A DNA stretch of 64,000 nt. Source: Lingula anatina (taxonomy: Eukaryota; Animalia; Brachiopoda). The translations under genes were made by a program, and so were the position numbers. Shown here piece after piece: positions 14,027 through 26,656 of the stretch; positions within the stretch are counted from its first letter, which is position 1, and each line of letters begins with the position of its first letter. The DNA is taken from contig CM120644.1 in NCBI GenBank assembly GCA_051362555.1, positions 6,890,954-6,954,953 of the forward strand, read 5' to 3'. Under the pieces are notes generated by a model. It searched no databases and had not been told where the DNA came from. It worked only from the letters and a program-made list of their open reading frames with translations.

Positions 14027-16280
14027 ATGCACCGGACCACGCGCCTGAAGATCACTGAGTTGAACCCGCATCTGATGTGTGCACTCTGCGGGGGGTATCT
14101 CACAGATGCCGCCACCGTCGTCGAGTGTCTCCATTCTTGTGAGTATTGGAAATTTGCGATTTACATAGTAGTATACCTTTAACACCGTGGAGAGGAGCGG
14201 TTTTGGAGAGGGGAGAGGAGCGACAGTCGTTGCTTTCCAAGCCGTTTTTAAACAGTATAGAAATACCCTTTCAAACGTAGTAATTGACGATTTAATCTTG
14301 GGCGTAAGAAAGAAAAAAAAGTTTCATAGTCCAAGTTATAATTAATATTTTGAAATATGGATAAGAGGGGGAAAGGAAAGGTCAAGAGCGGATTCTGGGT
14401 TAGTGAAGTTCAGTGAGATTCTCGCTTCTTTGTTCACCAGGGGCAACTGTTGCACAAAATAACTTTAAGCCAGAAAATTGGCCCAAATTTTTAGATCGTA
14501 ATTGTGGTCTGCTTTCATCCAGGATGGATCCGTAGTAAGCCAAGTGAAGAAAATATTACTTTGGCTTTTATGACTAGGAAGACATGGGCGATGTTTCAAT
14601 TTATTTTATATTTATTTGGAATACTGTGGATTAATCTTGGACTGAATTACAAAACTAATAACTTAAGGACCGATTTTCTCGCTAAATTTCATTGTGAAAC
14701 AGCCCCGGTCTATTTAATATCTCATGGTTTACTATAGACAGCGTGGAACACTGAAGACACTTTTTAGCGGTGTTTGTATTTTTATATTATGTAACAAAAG
14801 ATAATATGATCGAGGAAGAATGGTTGTTTTTGTCAAACTATAATTTAATTTTCATAAATCATGAAGTAAAGAGGTTTTCTTTCAGTTTGCAAGACCTGTA
14901 TTGTTCGATACATGGAAACCAGTAAATTTTGTCCCATATGTGACGTCATGGTGCATAAGACGAAGCCGCTCACGAATGTCAGGTATGTATCAAACTTTGT
15001 TGTCATGTGTTTCTCCTTGTCGTTAAGGTTCTTCCTCTTCTTTTTGCACTTCCTGTCTTTTTCCCCCCTCTTCGACCACCTGTTTTCCTAATCTGTGTTG
15101 CCTTTTTATTGTCTTTTTTATCTTGAAAAGCATCCAGAGAGCGTTAACTTTCGCCAAGGACTTTACCTGTACTACGTAATAGATGATTGACATTGCATTT
15201 GCGTAGAAACTTTCGAGAACGTTTCAAAACAGACGCAAGACGTAATTATTAGGCACGATACCAAAGGCACGATACCAAAATCTTAATTTTATAAATGAAA
15301 ACGTGTCTTGTGACCATGTAAAAAAATAACCTGTGTTTTATGTATAGGCTGGACAAAACGCTACAAGATCTGGTCTACAAGTTGGTCCCAGGACTCTTTA
15401 AAAGTGAGTAATTTTTAGCGTATCCTTCTTTAAAAGCCAACAGCACTACTCTATTCACTGACTGTTTATAATTTAAGAAAATAATAAGTAAATGTTTATT
15501 AATGTCCTTTAATTCCTGGTGTACGTGTAAAATATTTCCTTTGTTGTGTTTATGGTTTTAGTTAATACCTTCGTTGGTTTTTTATTTACTTACTTATAAC
15601 ATGGTAATTATTCCTATCTATAAAAACTTGAGTCACAGTTACTGCGCTCTATATTATGTTTTTTTGTCAACTTCGAGTCAAATTTTTTCTAGACAGACAC
15701 CAGAATATTTTTACATTGAGCGTTACAGTTTTCAGTATCGCACCAGTTTGAAAGATCGGCATACTCAGGCTTATGCGTCATAGAATCACCTACTACACAG
15801 AGCTTCCGTGCTCCACAAGACCAGTAAATCAGATTTATTTTGATTAGTACATTGGTGGATCCTCTACCAGGGCCGCAGTTTATATTATGTGTGCATTTTC
15901 TTTGACGCGAACAGTGCAGAAATAACGGTCAATTTAACCAGAGACATACCTGTGAACACGTAGTGAAAAATCAACCTGTGGCCCTGGTAGAGTGTAACAG
16001 TAGGGCACGTGAAATATAGTAAAACCCCGGAACTGAATGACATGTTGGGACCAGTCAAACTGGAACGATACAGAAAACTGTGCCGCTACATGTGAAGAGG
16101 GCCCTAGAGTGGAACAGCTCTGGTTTCAATCGGTGATTTAAGAAATTACTGTGGTAACAAGTCACATGTGTGTTATATCTTTTGATTGTTTTTTCTGTAG
16201 ATGAAATGAAGAGGCGCCGAGAATTTTATTCTGCAAATCCTGACTTAGGTAAGTGGCGCATGATCCGCATCTCCTGCCAT

Positions 16281-16361
<81 letters not shown>

Positions 16362-19300
16362 ATAGGTCTTTGTGATAATAAAGGCTTTCTGCGATAATTC
16401 AGGTTACTAGGCGAAATGTTTAATTACGTGAAATCGTATTGACAATCTTTTAAAAAGGGACAGGACAGTCTTCTAGTAGCTTCTGATTTGCTGCTACTGT
16501 TTTCAAATTTTTACTGAAACAAATGGGATATTCATAGTAATATAAACAAATATGTTACAAAATTTTAGTAATAATCAGCATTTTGTTCAAAATATCAGAT
16601 TTCCAGGGTCATCTAAAAGCATCAAGATGGCATTGATAATTATGGTATTTCGATGAAAAACGTCCCTGCCACTTCTGCTTGTAAAATTATTTTGTTTACC
16701 AATTTATTGTGATTTTTCCCCCAAGTTTTCGACTCTTCATTGGAAGCCAGAGGAGAGGTGGCACCCGAAGATCGACTGATCTATACAGACGATGATAAGA
16801 TAAGTTTGTCTCTGGAATATAGTGCCAAGTAAGTAGCCATGAAACAACAACAGCAACATAATATCTTTTCTTGAAAACGTGGTCTTCTATAGAGATTTAT
16901 TCACGCTTTGTGATATTTATGCCCACATAGTGACATTTATATGCACGCATGGGGGTGTTTATGCAGATATCTTGTACAAAGGTGGAAATGATGGGTGGGT
17001 CACATTTGCCTGTTAGATATCGGCTTAATAAACAATGGTAGCATCTCACACAGGGTTCCCACACTTGGATCGATCCATCTGGATCGACCTTACTTACTGG
17101 GGTTTCACGCTAAATTGCTATCAGCTCAAGAGGCTTAAATGTCTGTCTCGCCTACCGAATCAGCTAGGGGTAAAGATGATTACCACCTAACAGTTTTACT
17201 AGGCGAGACAGACGTTTAAACCGGTCAGTTTGATAGCAATTTAGTGAGGCTCCCCAGGGAGATAGATCGATCCAAATTCCTTTGGGAATGGTCCCTAAAA
17301 GTGCATTCCCAGAGATTTAGATCGATCCATTCGGATCGACCTAACTCCCTGGGGGTTCACGCTAAATTGCAGTCAGCCGAGTGCGCACGGTAGTTAATTA
17401 CCCCCTTACAGCTTTTAGTAGGCGGGACAGACGCTTAAGCCGACTAAGCTGACAGTAATCTAGTGAGACTCCCCACAGGGATAGATCGATCTAAAATTTG
17501 TTGGAATGGGGTCTAAGACTCAGTAATCTTATTCAATTTGTTACATAGAATATACAGTAAGGGATCCGAAATGCGAAGGCTTGTTTTATTATTTCATTTG
17601 TTTTTTTTTAAATAGATTTTATTTAAATTTATTTACCCTTTGATAATTACAGATATGACACTTATTATATTTCTGATATTCTGGCAATGTAAATATTACA
17701 TTTGATGTTCAATTAGTTACCATAAGGCTTTTTTTCTGATCACTTCATGGTATCTCTACTTTGAATGTTATGCTTCGCTTACTCCAACAGCGGGAGACCA
17801 AACAGAGCGACTCAAGTGAAAAGCAAACGCCAGCCGAGGGCTGATGTGAGCGATGATAACGCCAGCAGAGAGAGCCTTACCCCAGACTTCAACGGAAACA
17901 ATGAAAATGATTCCTCGGAGAAAAAGGGAAAGTTAGAGGTATGATATGAAGATGATAAGAAAATGTACTTAGCTTCATAACAATTTTCACATTGTAAAAA
18001 TTGTATGATTGTACAATCCGATTTTGTAGATGTGAAATGTGAATGTTGAAAATACTTTTCAATTACACATAGGATAGTAAGGTGTATTATTATATTAGTA
18101 AGAAGGTTGGCCCTCACATTAAATCTGTGAGGGTCTGAACAATTATACGATTTTGGGCTTCTTCTAATCACACATGGCTGTTGCTTTTGTTTTTTGTAGA
18201 AACACGAAAGAAGATATCTTCTATGTCCGGCTGGTTTTACTGTATCTCACCTGAAAAAATTCATACAGATGAAGTACGACCTGCCACTAAAATTCCAGGT
18301 AATGTAAAGACTTAGAATTGTGAAGTCAGTAACTCAATCTTGGGTGGTGATGATATATTTTATTTTTTAAATTTTGAGCAGTTCCTTTGAAACATGCAAC
18401 CACTGCCCTGTGCTGCAAAGTTTGATCCATGGGGTGGGCGGGGGAGGACCCCTGTTTTCAAAGCAAAATGTAACATATAATCCCCAAAACAGGAGAAACG
18501 ATACACAGCGAATTCTAAAATCATCTTATTATGTACCATATCATCATTTATTTATTGATTTTCGTGGGGGGAGGGGGGGTGGGTGGGAGGGGAAGTAGGT
18601 GTTAAAAGCGACTATGGTTCCTACAGCTATAGTATAATATTTTGAATCCTTCAGTGTCTTGCTTTAGCTTTTTATCATAAGTTAGAGTGAACGTTCCTCT
18701 ACTTCTCTTTCTCAGATCCAAATCTTCCATTCCGATGAGCCACTGAGTAATGACTACACCCTGATGGACGTGGCCTATATCCACGCCTGGAGGCGGGTAA
18801 GTACGCAGACAGGGGGTACTCAAACGAGTGTTGCAAATGACACACTGGCAAATGTCTTTTTGACAAAAGAAGTACAGTCATAAGTAAAATGAGTTTATGG
18901 ATATTATTCATAGATAAAATTGCTTTGTAGATGTAATTGATTGTAGATGTAATTTGAAAATCGAACCGTTTCACACTTAGATGAAAAATTATGTGATAAC
19001 AGTGGCGCACAAGTACACTTGCAGACTACGTTATCACAAAATAATTTAATATTGACTTATTAAATTCCAGCGAGGCCCTTTGCGGTTGTACTACACCATA
19101 TACGAAGCACTTTTTCCAAAGCGGTCGTCTGAGCACATAGAAGAAAAAGACCTCCACGTGTTGGAGCAGGGTGTTACATCAGACCTCAGCGAGAAGCAAA
19201 ATAAGGACTCGGAGCCAAATAAAAAGAACTTTAAAAATGATTCCAGTTTAAAAAGCTCGCCTAGTACTGAGGGTGAATCTTACTCTCAAAATGCTTCGGT

Positions 19301-19586
19301 TTGCACGGAAAACAAATCAACGGATCTTAAGGAGAACGGCACGAATGGTGGCTTGAATAATAACAGAGATTTAAAAGACTCGAGCGTGGTTGCAAGTAAT
19401 GCTAAGAGCAGTGGTGCTACTAATGTCACGTCTCAAAACTTAGCGTCGGTTTCAAATGCTGGAACGCCGTCAAATGAGCCCAGTGTAAATGGAAGTAAAG
19501 AAAGTGAAATGGACGTATTAAAAGGAGTCACCTATACCAAGGAGGATTCTTCAAAATTGACATTAGGAAATTCTCCAAAGGATTAA
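14027..19586 (+). CDS. BMI1: Polycomb group RING finger protein, BMI1/PCGF2-4 (Psc) orthologue; 9 coding exons, 419 aa
   Basis: Exons with GT-AG boundaries and consistent phases: 14027-14138, 14886-14982, 15348-15403, 16201-16248, 16726-16828, 17791-17938, 18200-18298, 18716-18796, 19071-19586 (1260 nt in total). The translation starts [66 protein letters not shown] (C3HC4 RING) and continues [27 protein letters not shown]. The RAWUL region reads [19 protein letters not shown]...[28 protein letters not shown], followed by a Ser/Asn-rich tail. Confidence 0.95.
15862..15991. mobile_element. Small MITE-like inverted repeat in BMI1 intron 3
   Basis: CTCTACCAGGGCCGCAG ... CTGTGGCCCTGGTAGAG; a solo end lies at about 12196-12213. 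Confidence 0.55.
17053..17513. mobile_element. Two adjacent copies of a palindromic GATCGATC MITE family (about 215-240 bp) in BMI1 intron 5
   Basis: Copies at about 17053-17295 and 17302-17513, homologous in opposite orientation to 25002-25216 and 32825-33039. Confidence 0.75.
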
Positions 19587-20229
19587 CACACACACACAAA
19601 CACACACTGTTTAAAAAGAGAGACATCTGCCCAAGTATAAAAAACAGCAACATATCTACTGTCTTTTTCCATCATGTCGCATATAGAAATCTTACGATAT
19701 TCAAAGTTAAACGTTATAATATGGATACAATGTCGCATGAATAAAACGTTTCAAAGATCAAATCTGGCAATTTAGAGCGTTGTGCAATGTTAAAAGAGAG
19801 TTGTTGTTGATGGGTGTTGGTACTTTGTGAACTGTATATCTGAACTCTGGGGGAAGATCCTTTTACCGGTAGCTCGTCCTGTAATTAGGGCATATCATCA
19901 ATTTGTAATAACAATGGCTATCATCAAACAAATCCATTTTTTGTAAAGGCCAACAAAAGAGATGTACATGTATGTGAGATAATGAAGTGTAACGCAAAAA
20001 TTTTCATATTACATCAAATTAACTATCATTTAAATATGCCATGGCCAATTAACGGGAACGGGAATAATACAGATGTCAACTTTGAAGTGCATCTTTTCTT
20101 AAAATTTTATAATATTTGTCTGTGAACCACGAGAATTAAAGACATTAATGTCATATGAAATGGAAAATATCAGCAGTTTTTGTAACCAGCAGCAGTTTTT
20201 GTAACCAGTACTGTACCCCGTGTATGTTT

Positions 20230-20235
20230 AATAAA
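20230..20235 (+). terminator. Candidate BMI1 polyadenylation signal AATAAA (a proximal one lies at 19740-19745)
   Basis: AATAAA downstream of the stop codon, followed by a T/GT-rich tract. Confidence 0.45.
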
Positions 20236-20454
20236 TGTATTTGGCTCTCTATTTCGATATGTCCAACTACATGAACATCAAATGTTGATTTTTTTATATA
20301 TGTTACAGGCCCAGTCCTAATCGAGTCCACTTTCTAAGACAAACTTTAAAGACAATACAAAGCTTCAATCGACATCAAAAAGGTTTGTCAGTAAGACCCA
20401 TTGGAAAGCCCTTGCTGCACTATTGAAATCCGATTGGCATCAAATGTTCAATCA

Positions 20455-20580
20455 GTGTCACGTGATATTTACCTTCGGTGACCTGACCCTAAGTGGGGGA
20501 TTTTTTCTCTGCGCATGCGCTAATCTGGGAATTTCCATTTACCCTGGGAATTTCCATTTACCTTGGGAATTTCCATATAA
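20455..20580 (+). promoter_or_regulatory. Orphan promoter copy with an E-box, an NRF1-like site and three tandem NF-kB-like sites
   Basis: TCACGTGA at 20458-20465 and TGCGCATGCGC at 20510-20520. GGGAATTTCC occurs at 20527, 20546 and 20565 (19-bp period). The region 20330-20536 aligns by eye with 26077-26284, upstream of the first Death/CARD gene. Confidence 0.6.
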
Positions 20581-20934
20581 TACTGCCTTGCTTCAGGAGA
20601 AACGGCAGGACAAGTCAGAAAACGGCGGAAACGGCACCACAGGCGACAGGCACCACAGGTCATTTGTTAATAAATGGCGCAACGAGTAGTTTTTAGAGGA
20701 CTTTTCTGTGCAAAGATGAAAGATCGCTTTCGTCAGGGTTTACAATTGTATATTTTATGAAATATGTGTTAACATATTTATTTTTCTTTTTTACCTACAA
20801 CGTTAAAGATCTCCTGAACTGGCGTGCCCAATACAAATTTAACTGATACGTGCAGAGTGGGCATTATAGAGGTAATCACAAGAAGTTGAACGATATTAAG
20901 GTACGCCACCCCACCCCTGCTTCCAACCCGCCAC

Positions 20935-20965
<31 letters not shown>

Positions 20966-21555
20966 AACACAACACTCCTCCCTCTTTCTCTCTTTCACCA
21001 TGGACATAATGAGAGAAGGTCTCTCATTATGTCCATGCTTTTACTCTCTCTAGCTGATCATCCTCTGCTCAAAAAGAGTTTTGTTTTTATTATGTTCTGA
21101 AAGCTATTACCTGTTTTTTGTTGTTGGTGATGGTAATATTTTTTTAATCAACAAGAGTTCAGGGTCCGATTTTAGTCTTTTCTAGAATACAGCTCCTTCC
21201 AGTGCACAGTAACAATGCAAAGCTGAGTTTTCTTTAAGGTAAACATTTTTCATTGTTGTCGCACAGCCGTGATATTAAATTAAATTAAATTGAGAAGTAC
21301 CTCTACCGATGGTCTATGGCTAATACTATTAGTGGTTTTTTTTTTTGACAAAAGAAATACAATCATAGTGAAAAGAGTTTATGGATATTATTCACAGATA
21401 AAAATTGCTTTGAAGACGTAATTGATGTATATTTCAATTTGAAAATCGAATCGTTTCACCCTCGGGTGAGAAATTATGTGATAACAGTGATAATGTAGGC
21501 TACTTTATCACAAAATAATAAAAAGATTATTATTTTAAAAATTATTAAATTACAG

Positions 21556-22062
21556 CGAGGCCCTTTGCGGTTGTACTACACCATATACTCTTTCCAAAGC
21601 GATCGTCTGAGCACATAGAAGAGAAAGACCTCCACGTGTTGGAGCAGGGTGTTACATCAGACCTCAGCGAGAAGCAAAATAAGGACTCGGAGCCAAATAA
21701 AAAGAACTTAAAAATGATTCCAGTTTAAAAGCTCGCCCAGTACTGAGGGTGAATCTTACTCTCAAAATGCTTCGATTTGCAAGGAAAACAAACCAACGGA
21801 TCTTAAGGAGAACGGCACGAATGGTGGCTTGAATAATAACAGAGATTTAAAAGACTCGAGCGTGGTTGCAAGTAATGCTAAGAGCAGTGGTGCTACTAAT
21901 GTCACGTCTCAAAACTTAGCGTCGGCTTCAAATGCTGATACGCCGTCAAATGAGCCCAGTGTAAATGGAAGTAAAGAAAGTGAAATGGACGTATTAAAAG
22001 GAGTCACCTGTACCAAGGAGGATTCTTCAAAATTGACATTAGGGAATTCTCCAAAGGATTAA
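21556..22062 (+). pseudogene. Duplicated BMI1 last exon, frameshifted; possible alternative last exon with a short ORF at 21556-21618
   Basis: Near-identical to 19071-19586, with about 12 substitutions and deletions of 7, 1 and 1 nt. The acceptor TTACAG is intact. The reading frame gives [20 protein letters not shown]. Confidence 0.85.
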
Positions 22063-22214
22063 CACACACACAAACACACTCTGCATAAGTGTATAAAAAA
22101 GCAACATATCTACTGTCTTTTTCCATCATGTCGCATATAGAAATCTTATGATGTTCAAAGTTTAGCGTTATAATATGGATAAAATGTCGCATGAATAAAA
22201 CGTTTCAAAGATCA

Positions 22215-24618
22215 TCATCATCATCATCATTTAGAGCCTGTAGTGTTCCACTGTTGGACAAAGGCCTCAGCATGCTTTTTCCATTGTTTCCTATCCTGAG
22301 CCTCAGATTTCCAGTTTGGCCAATGTTTCTTCTTCCAAGACTTCCAGTAGTCATCTTATTCATCCCTCCATCGTTTGACCGGCCTTCCTCTTTTTCTTTG
22401 TCCATACCTTGGGGTCCATTCTGTAAGCCTGATTGTCCACCTATTGTCCTTCATTCTTTTGACATGTCCTGCCCACCTCCATTTCATTTCTTTAACTGTG
22501 AGCAGTACGTCCTTAACTTTGGTCTGTTCACGTAACCATACATTCGTTTTCCGCTCTCTTGGATTGATGTTCAACATAATTCTTTCCATCTTTCTCTGAG
22601 CTACTTGTAGCTTGTGTTCCATGGAGGCATTCAGTGCCAAGGTCTCTGAACCATAGGTGATTGCCGGCAGCACACAAGCATTGAACACTTTCTTTTTCAG
22701 GCAGGTAGGACGGTTGCTCTTGAAGATGTCATTGTGTTTCCCATATGCTGCCCATCCTGCTTTTATCCTTCGTTGGATTTCTTTCTCCAGTGTTCGAGCA
22801 ATAAGGCTGAACCGTTGCCCAAGGTATATATACTCTTCCACTGCTTCTATCTCTTTGGTGTTGACTTTCACTGTGCAAGGGGTGGTTAGTGGTCCAAACA
22901 TCACCTTTGTCTTGCTGGTGTTCATCTTTAGCACACTTTTTGCGCTTTCATCTGCTAACGCCTGTAGCATTTCTTCGAGGTCTTTTGCATCATCTGCTAC
23001 TATTATGATGTCGTCTGCAAACCTAAGGTGATTGAGCCTGGTACCGTCTATGTTTATGCCCTTGTCCTGCCAGTCTAGATCCCTGAATATACGTTCCAAT
23101 GCTGCTGTGAACAGTTTAGGAGAGATTGTATCTCCTTGGCGTACACCTTTCTTGATCCTGATCTTATTGGTGGTCTCGTGTAGTTTGACTGTTACAGAGC
23201 TATCGGTGTATATGTCTCTGAGGACGTCTACGTATCCATCTTCGATCCCTAGATCTTGCAGGGATGCCAGTATATACTGGGTTTCTACTGAGTCGAAGGC
23301 TTTTTCATAATCAACGAATGCTACACATAGTGGAATGTTATACTCGAGACATTTCTCTTTGAGCTGGTTGACAGTGTGCATATGATCAGTAGTGGTGTAC
23401 TGGCCTCTGAAACATGCTTGTTCCTTTGGCTGCGCTTCATCTAGTTGTCATGTTAGCCTTTAGGTCAATATTTTGGTGTAAATCTTGTACAAATTAGAAA
23501 GTAGGCAGATGGGTCTGTAATTCTTGATGTCTTTCCTATTGCCCTTTTTGAACATTATGATCATGTTGGCGTTCTTCCATGCTACAGGAATTTCCTTCAG
23601 ATGTAAGCACTTTGTGAAGAGCCTGGCTAATTCCTGAGATAGGATATCTCCTCCTGCTTTTACCATTTCTGCTTTGATGTTGTCATTCCCTGCTGCCTTT
23701 CCGTTCTTCATTTTCTGGACTGCTGACTCTACTTCCCAAGCTGTTATGTCTGGTAGATCGCATGCCTTTGTTGAGATTTCTATTCCCTTGTTGCTGTCAT
23801 ACAACTCTCCATAGAATTCTTCTACTCGTTCTAATATCTGGTCTTGTGTGGTGAGCTCATTTTCATCTTTGTCTAGAAGAGTCAGCATTCTATCCTGCCC
23901 TAGTTGAAAGGATCTCTTTGTTCTTTTCATGCTCTTTCCATTTTCGATGGTCTCTGCTATCTTCTTCATGTTCTGATTCCTGATGTCTTCCCTTGCCTTC
24001 TTCTTGATGGTCTTATCCAGTTCTGCATATTCGATGTTGTTTCCGATGTCCCTGTTGTTGTTTACCTCCGTTTTCTTCATCATCCGTCTTTTCTTCATGA
24101 GAATCCTCGTTTCTGTTGAGAGCTTTGAGTCCTTCATTTTACTGGCCGGTGCGACTTCTGATGCACATTCTAGGATGGTGGTCGTTATTCTATCGTTCAT
24201 TTCATCACTCCATCTTCACCTTCTAGCTCTAGTGCACTGAATCTGTTCGTTAGGAGGATTTGGAACTCGTCTTTCTTTATGACCAGTTGCTCGATACTAG
24301 GTCTCTTTGATGGATTTGACAGGCATTTCTGTCTGTCCTACCTGACATTGATCCTAATCACTCCCATAACTGCTCTGTGGTCACTGCCCGCATCCAGTCT
24401 GTTTAGCACTTTCATATCCGTGAAGATGTTCGGTCTGTTTGTCATGATGTAATCAATTTCGTTTCTTGTACATCCATCTGGGCTTTGCCATGTCCATCTT
24501 CTTGACATCTTCTTCTTGTAGACGGTATTCATGATCTTCAAGTTATTTGCTGTCGCCCATTCAATCAGTAAGTCTCCTCTATCATTCCTCTCTCCGCTGC
24601 CAAATTTCCCTGATCAAA
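22215..24618 (-). mobile_element. 5'-truncated RTE-clade non-LTR retrotransposon (end of AP endonuclease plus reverse transcriptase, with stops and frameshifts)
   Basis: EN motifs WTWQSPDG..NEIDYI..SDHRAV. RT motifs NYRPICLLS, FVDYEKAFDS, GVRQGDTISPKLF, LRFADD and YIYLG, then an RTE-type C-terminus WRWAGHV..RGRP..RWRD. The 3' tail is a (TGA)n microsatellite. A 12-bp TSD TTTCAAAGATCA lies at 22203-22214 and 24619-24630, and the empty site is visible at about 19749-19760. Confidence 0.93.
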
Positions 24619-25001
24619 TTTCAAAGATCAAATCTGGCAATTAAGAGCGTTGTACATTGTTAAAAGAGAGTTGTTTTTGAAGGGTGTTGTTACTTGTTGT
24701 GTACATCTGAACTCTTGGGGAAGGTCTTTTTAGTCCGTCGTGTTATTAGGGCATTTTTCAAGTTGTAATAACAACACGTACCTTCAAACAAATCCATTTT
24801 GTGTAAAGCCCGAGAAAAGAGTTATATAAGGGACCACGAAGAAAATAGCAAAGTTTATTATATCCTACAACAGCAAATTTAATATCATTTAAATATGTCA
24901 AGGGCAATTAACGGAACGAGATTTATATAAAAGTCATAACTATGAAGTGCACCTTTTAACAAAATTTCATAATCCCAGTCATTTACACCACGGGAATTTA
25001 A

Positions 25002-25216
25002 GGCTGTATTCCCAGAGCTTTTAGATCGATCTATCCCCGCGGGGAGTCTCACTTGATTACTGTCAGAAAACCCGGCTTAAATGTCCGTCCCGCCTACTAC
25101 AAGCTGTAAGGGGGTAATTAACTTTCATGGCCGCTCGGCTGACAGCTATTTAGCGTGAACCCCCGGGGAGTTAGGTCGATCTAAAGTAGATCGATCTAAT
25201 CTCTGGAAATGGGGTC
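25002..25216. mobile_element. GATCGATC-family MITE (Harbinger-like, TAA TSD)
   Basis: TAA on both sides; absent from the paralogous 3'UTR at about 20135. Confidence 0.8.
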
Positions 25217-25436
25217 TAAGGAATTAATGTTGCGTGGAGTGGACAATATAATTAATGTAGGACGCAGCAGTTTTTGTAACCAATACTGCACCCCATATAT
25301 GTTTGATAAATGTATTCGATCTGGTTATCTATTTCGATACGTCCATCTGCATCAAATAATGATTTTAAATACAGATACTGTATGAATTGTGGGTATATAG
25401 ATATACTAACGCCCCTATGGTCTTCGTGGCCGATAC

Positions 25437-25469
<33 letters not shown>

Positions 25470-25632
25470 TATAATAAGATTCTTATATGGCGCCTTACAG
25501 GTACATTCTATCTCAAGGCGCCTTTCAATAATGGCTCACATACTAAAATCATTACAATATTTTAATCATAAACTCTCATTGGAAACCATTTCAAATTTAC
25601 ACTACTAAAAATCAATCTTATTTAAAAAAAAA

Positions 25633-25687
<55 letters not shown>

Positions 25688-25823
25688 CTAAGAGATATAG
25701 ACAGAATTAAAAATGTGGGTCTTTAAAAGAGATTTGAATTGGTCAAAGTCTTCTGTTTTTCTAATAAAATTTGGTAGGGCATTCCACTTTTGGGGCGTAG
25801 ATTATAAAAGCACGATCTCCATA
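25437..25823 (-). mobile_element. L2-clade LINE 3' terminal fragment
   Basis: Minus-strand remnant YGDRAF...WNALP..IR..EDFDQFKSLLKTH, then a GGCGCC..GGCGCC hairpin and an (ATT)n tail typical of L2 3' ends. Confidence 0.7.
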
Positions 25824-26249
25824 AGGGACCGTTCACATGGAAAGTCTATTTTCTAAAAATGTATTTTCTATTCGCGGTATCTTGTGATCACGGTCTGTGC
25901 CCTGAATATCCCGCGGCGTAATTACTGGCAGCGCAGGGAGTAACTGGCTCGGGCTGCCAGTAGTTATGCCGCGGGGTATTCAGGCCACGGACCGATGATT
26001 TTTCACAAAACTGATTTTTTGATTTTAAAGGTTACATGTATATCAGAGGCACCAAATGAGGTTAAAAGAATGACTCTTTCAAATATATAAACTTCTAAAA
26101 AGCTTCAGTCGATATCAAAATAGATCAGTCGATAGGACTCATTGTGAGTCCTTAGTGTACTATTGAAATTCGACCGTCATCAAATGTTCAATCAGTGTCG
26201 AGCGATATTCACCTTGGTTAACCCATGGAGGCTCATTATAAACTTCTTC

Positions 26250-26290
26250 TCTGCGCATGCGCGTAAATGACGCTGGGAATTTCCAGAAGT
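26250..26290 (+). promoter_or_regulatory. Paralogue A proximal promoter with NRF1-like and NF-kB-like sites
   Basis: TGCGCATGCGC at about 26252 and GGGAATTTCC at 26275-26284, about 85 nt upstream of the ATG. Confidence 0.55.
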
Positions 26291-26367
26291 GCGCGTCGTC
26301 TTTCCATTTTGTGCAGTTAGAACATAGACCAAAGTCGGTGGATATTTTATTTTTGAAATACGCCAAG

Positions 26368-26656
26368 ATGTCAGATAATGATAGACTACCTGTTAATGTT
26401 CTGGTGGTCAGTAATGTTTCTAAAGCTAGAACATTAACGTCGGTGGTCTTCGGACGTGTTTTTGGAACTAAAAGAGAAAGGCGGGAAGATATGCTAGCCT
26501 CATTTAATAGATGGAGAGAGAAGCATGATGTTCCTGTCGAATTTAACATGAAATGGAGCAATACGGATGATCCAGTACCACCAGAGCACTTTGATATACT
26601 TGTAAAAGAGGATTGGGATTTATTCGTTGTTCAGGGTACTAGTAAATACAGTGCAG
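26368..26656 (+). CDS. Paralogue A exon 1 (unknown N-terminal domain)
   Basis: ATG in a good context (GCCAAGATG) and donor CAG|GTAGGT. Homologous to 50192-50423 (PVxVLV...LxASFNxWREKxxVPVEF). Confidence 0.75.

Larger units (their letters stand above)
21343..26284 (+). repeat. Second copy of a tandem duplication of about 18858-20540 (BMI1 intron 8 end, last exon, 3'UTR and downstream promoter), expanded by RTE, MITE and L2 insertions
   Basis: Colinear matches: TTTGACAAAAGAA (18858/21344), the last exon, the 3'UTR (19750-20290 vs 24620-25370) and the promoter (20330-20536 vs 26077-26284). Confidence 0.85.

Noticed and set aside
20520-20580. Short direct repeats as a CRISPR-like array
   Set aside because: A 19-bp tandem repeat with no unique spacers in a eukaryotic context. 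The 52-, 158- and 187-bp repeats are likewise plain tandem duplications.
22191-24240. Plus-strand ORFs overlapping the LINE (and those antisense to the Penelope and coiled-coil exons)
   Set aside because: Antisense shadows of real coding frames.
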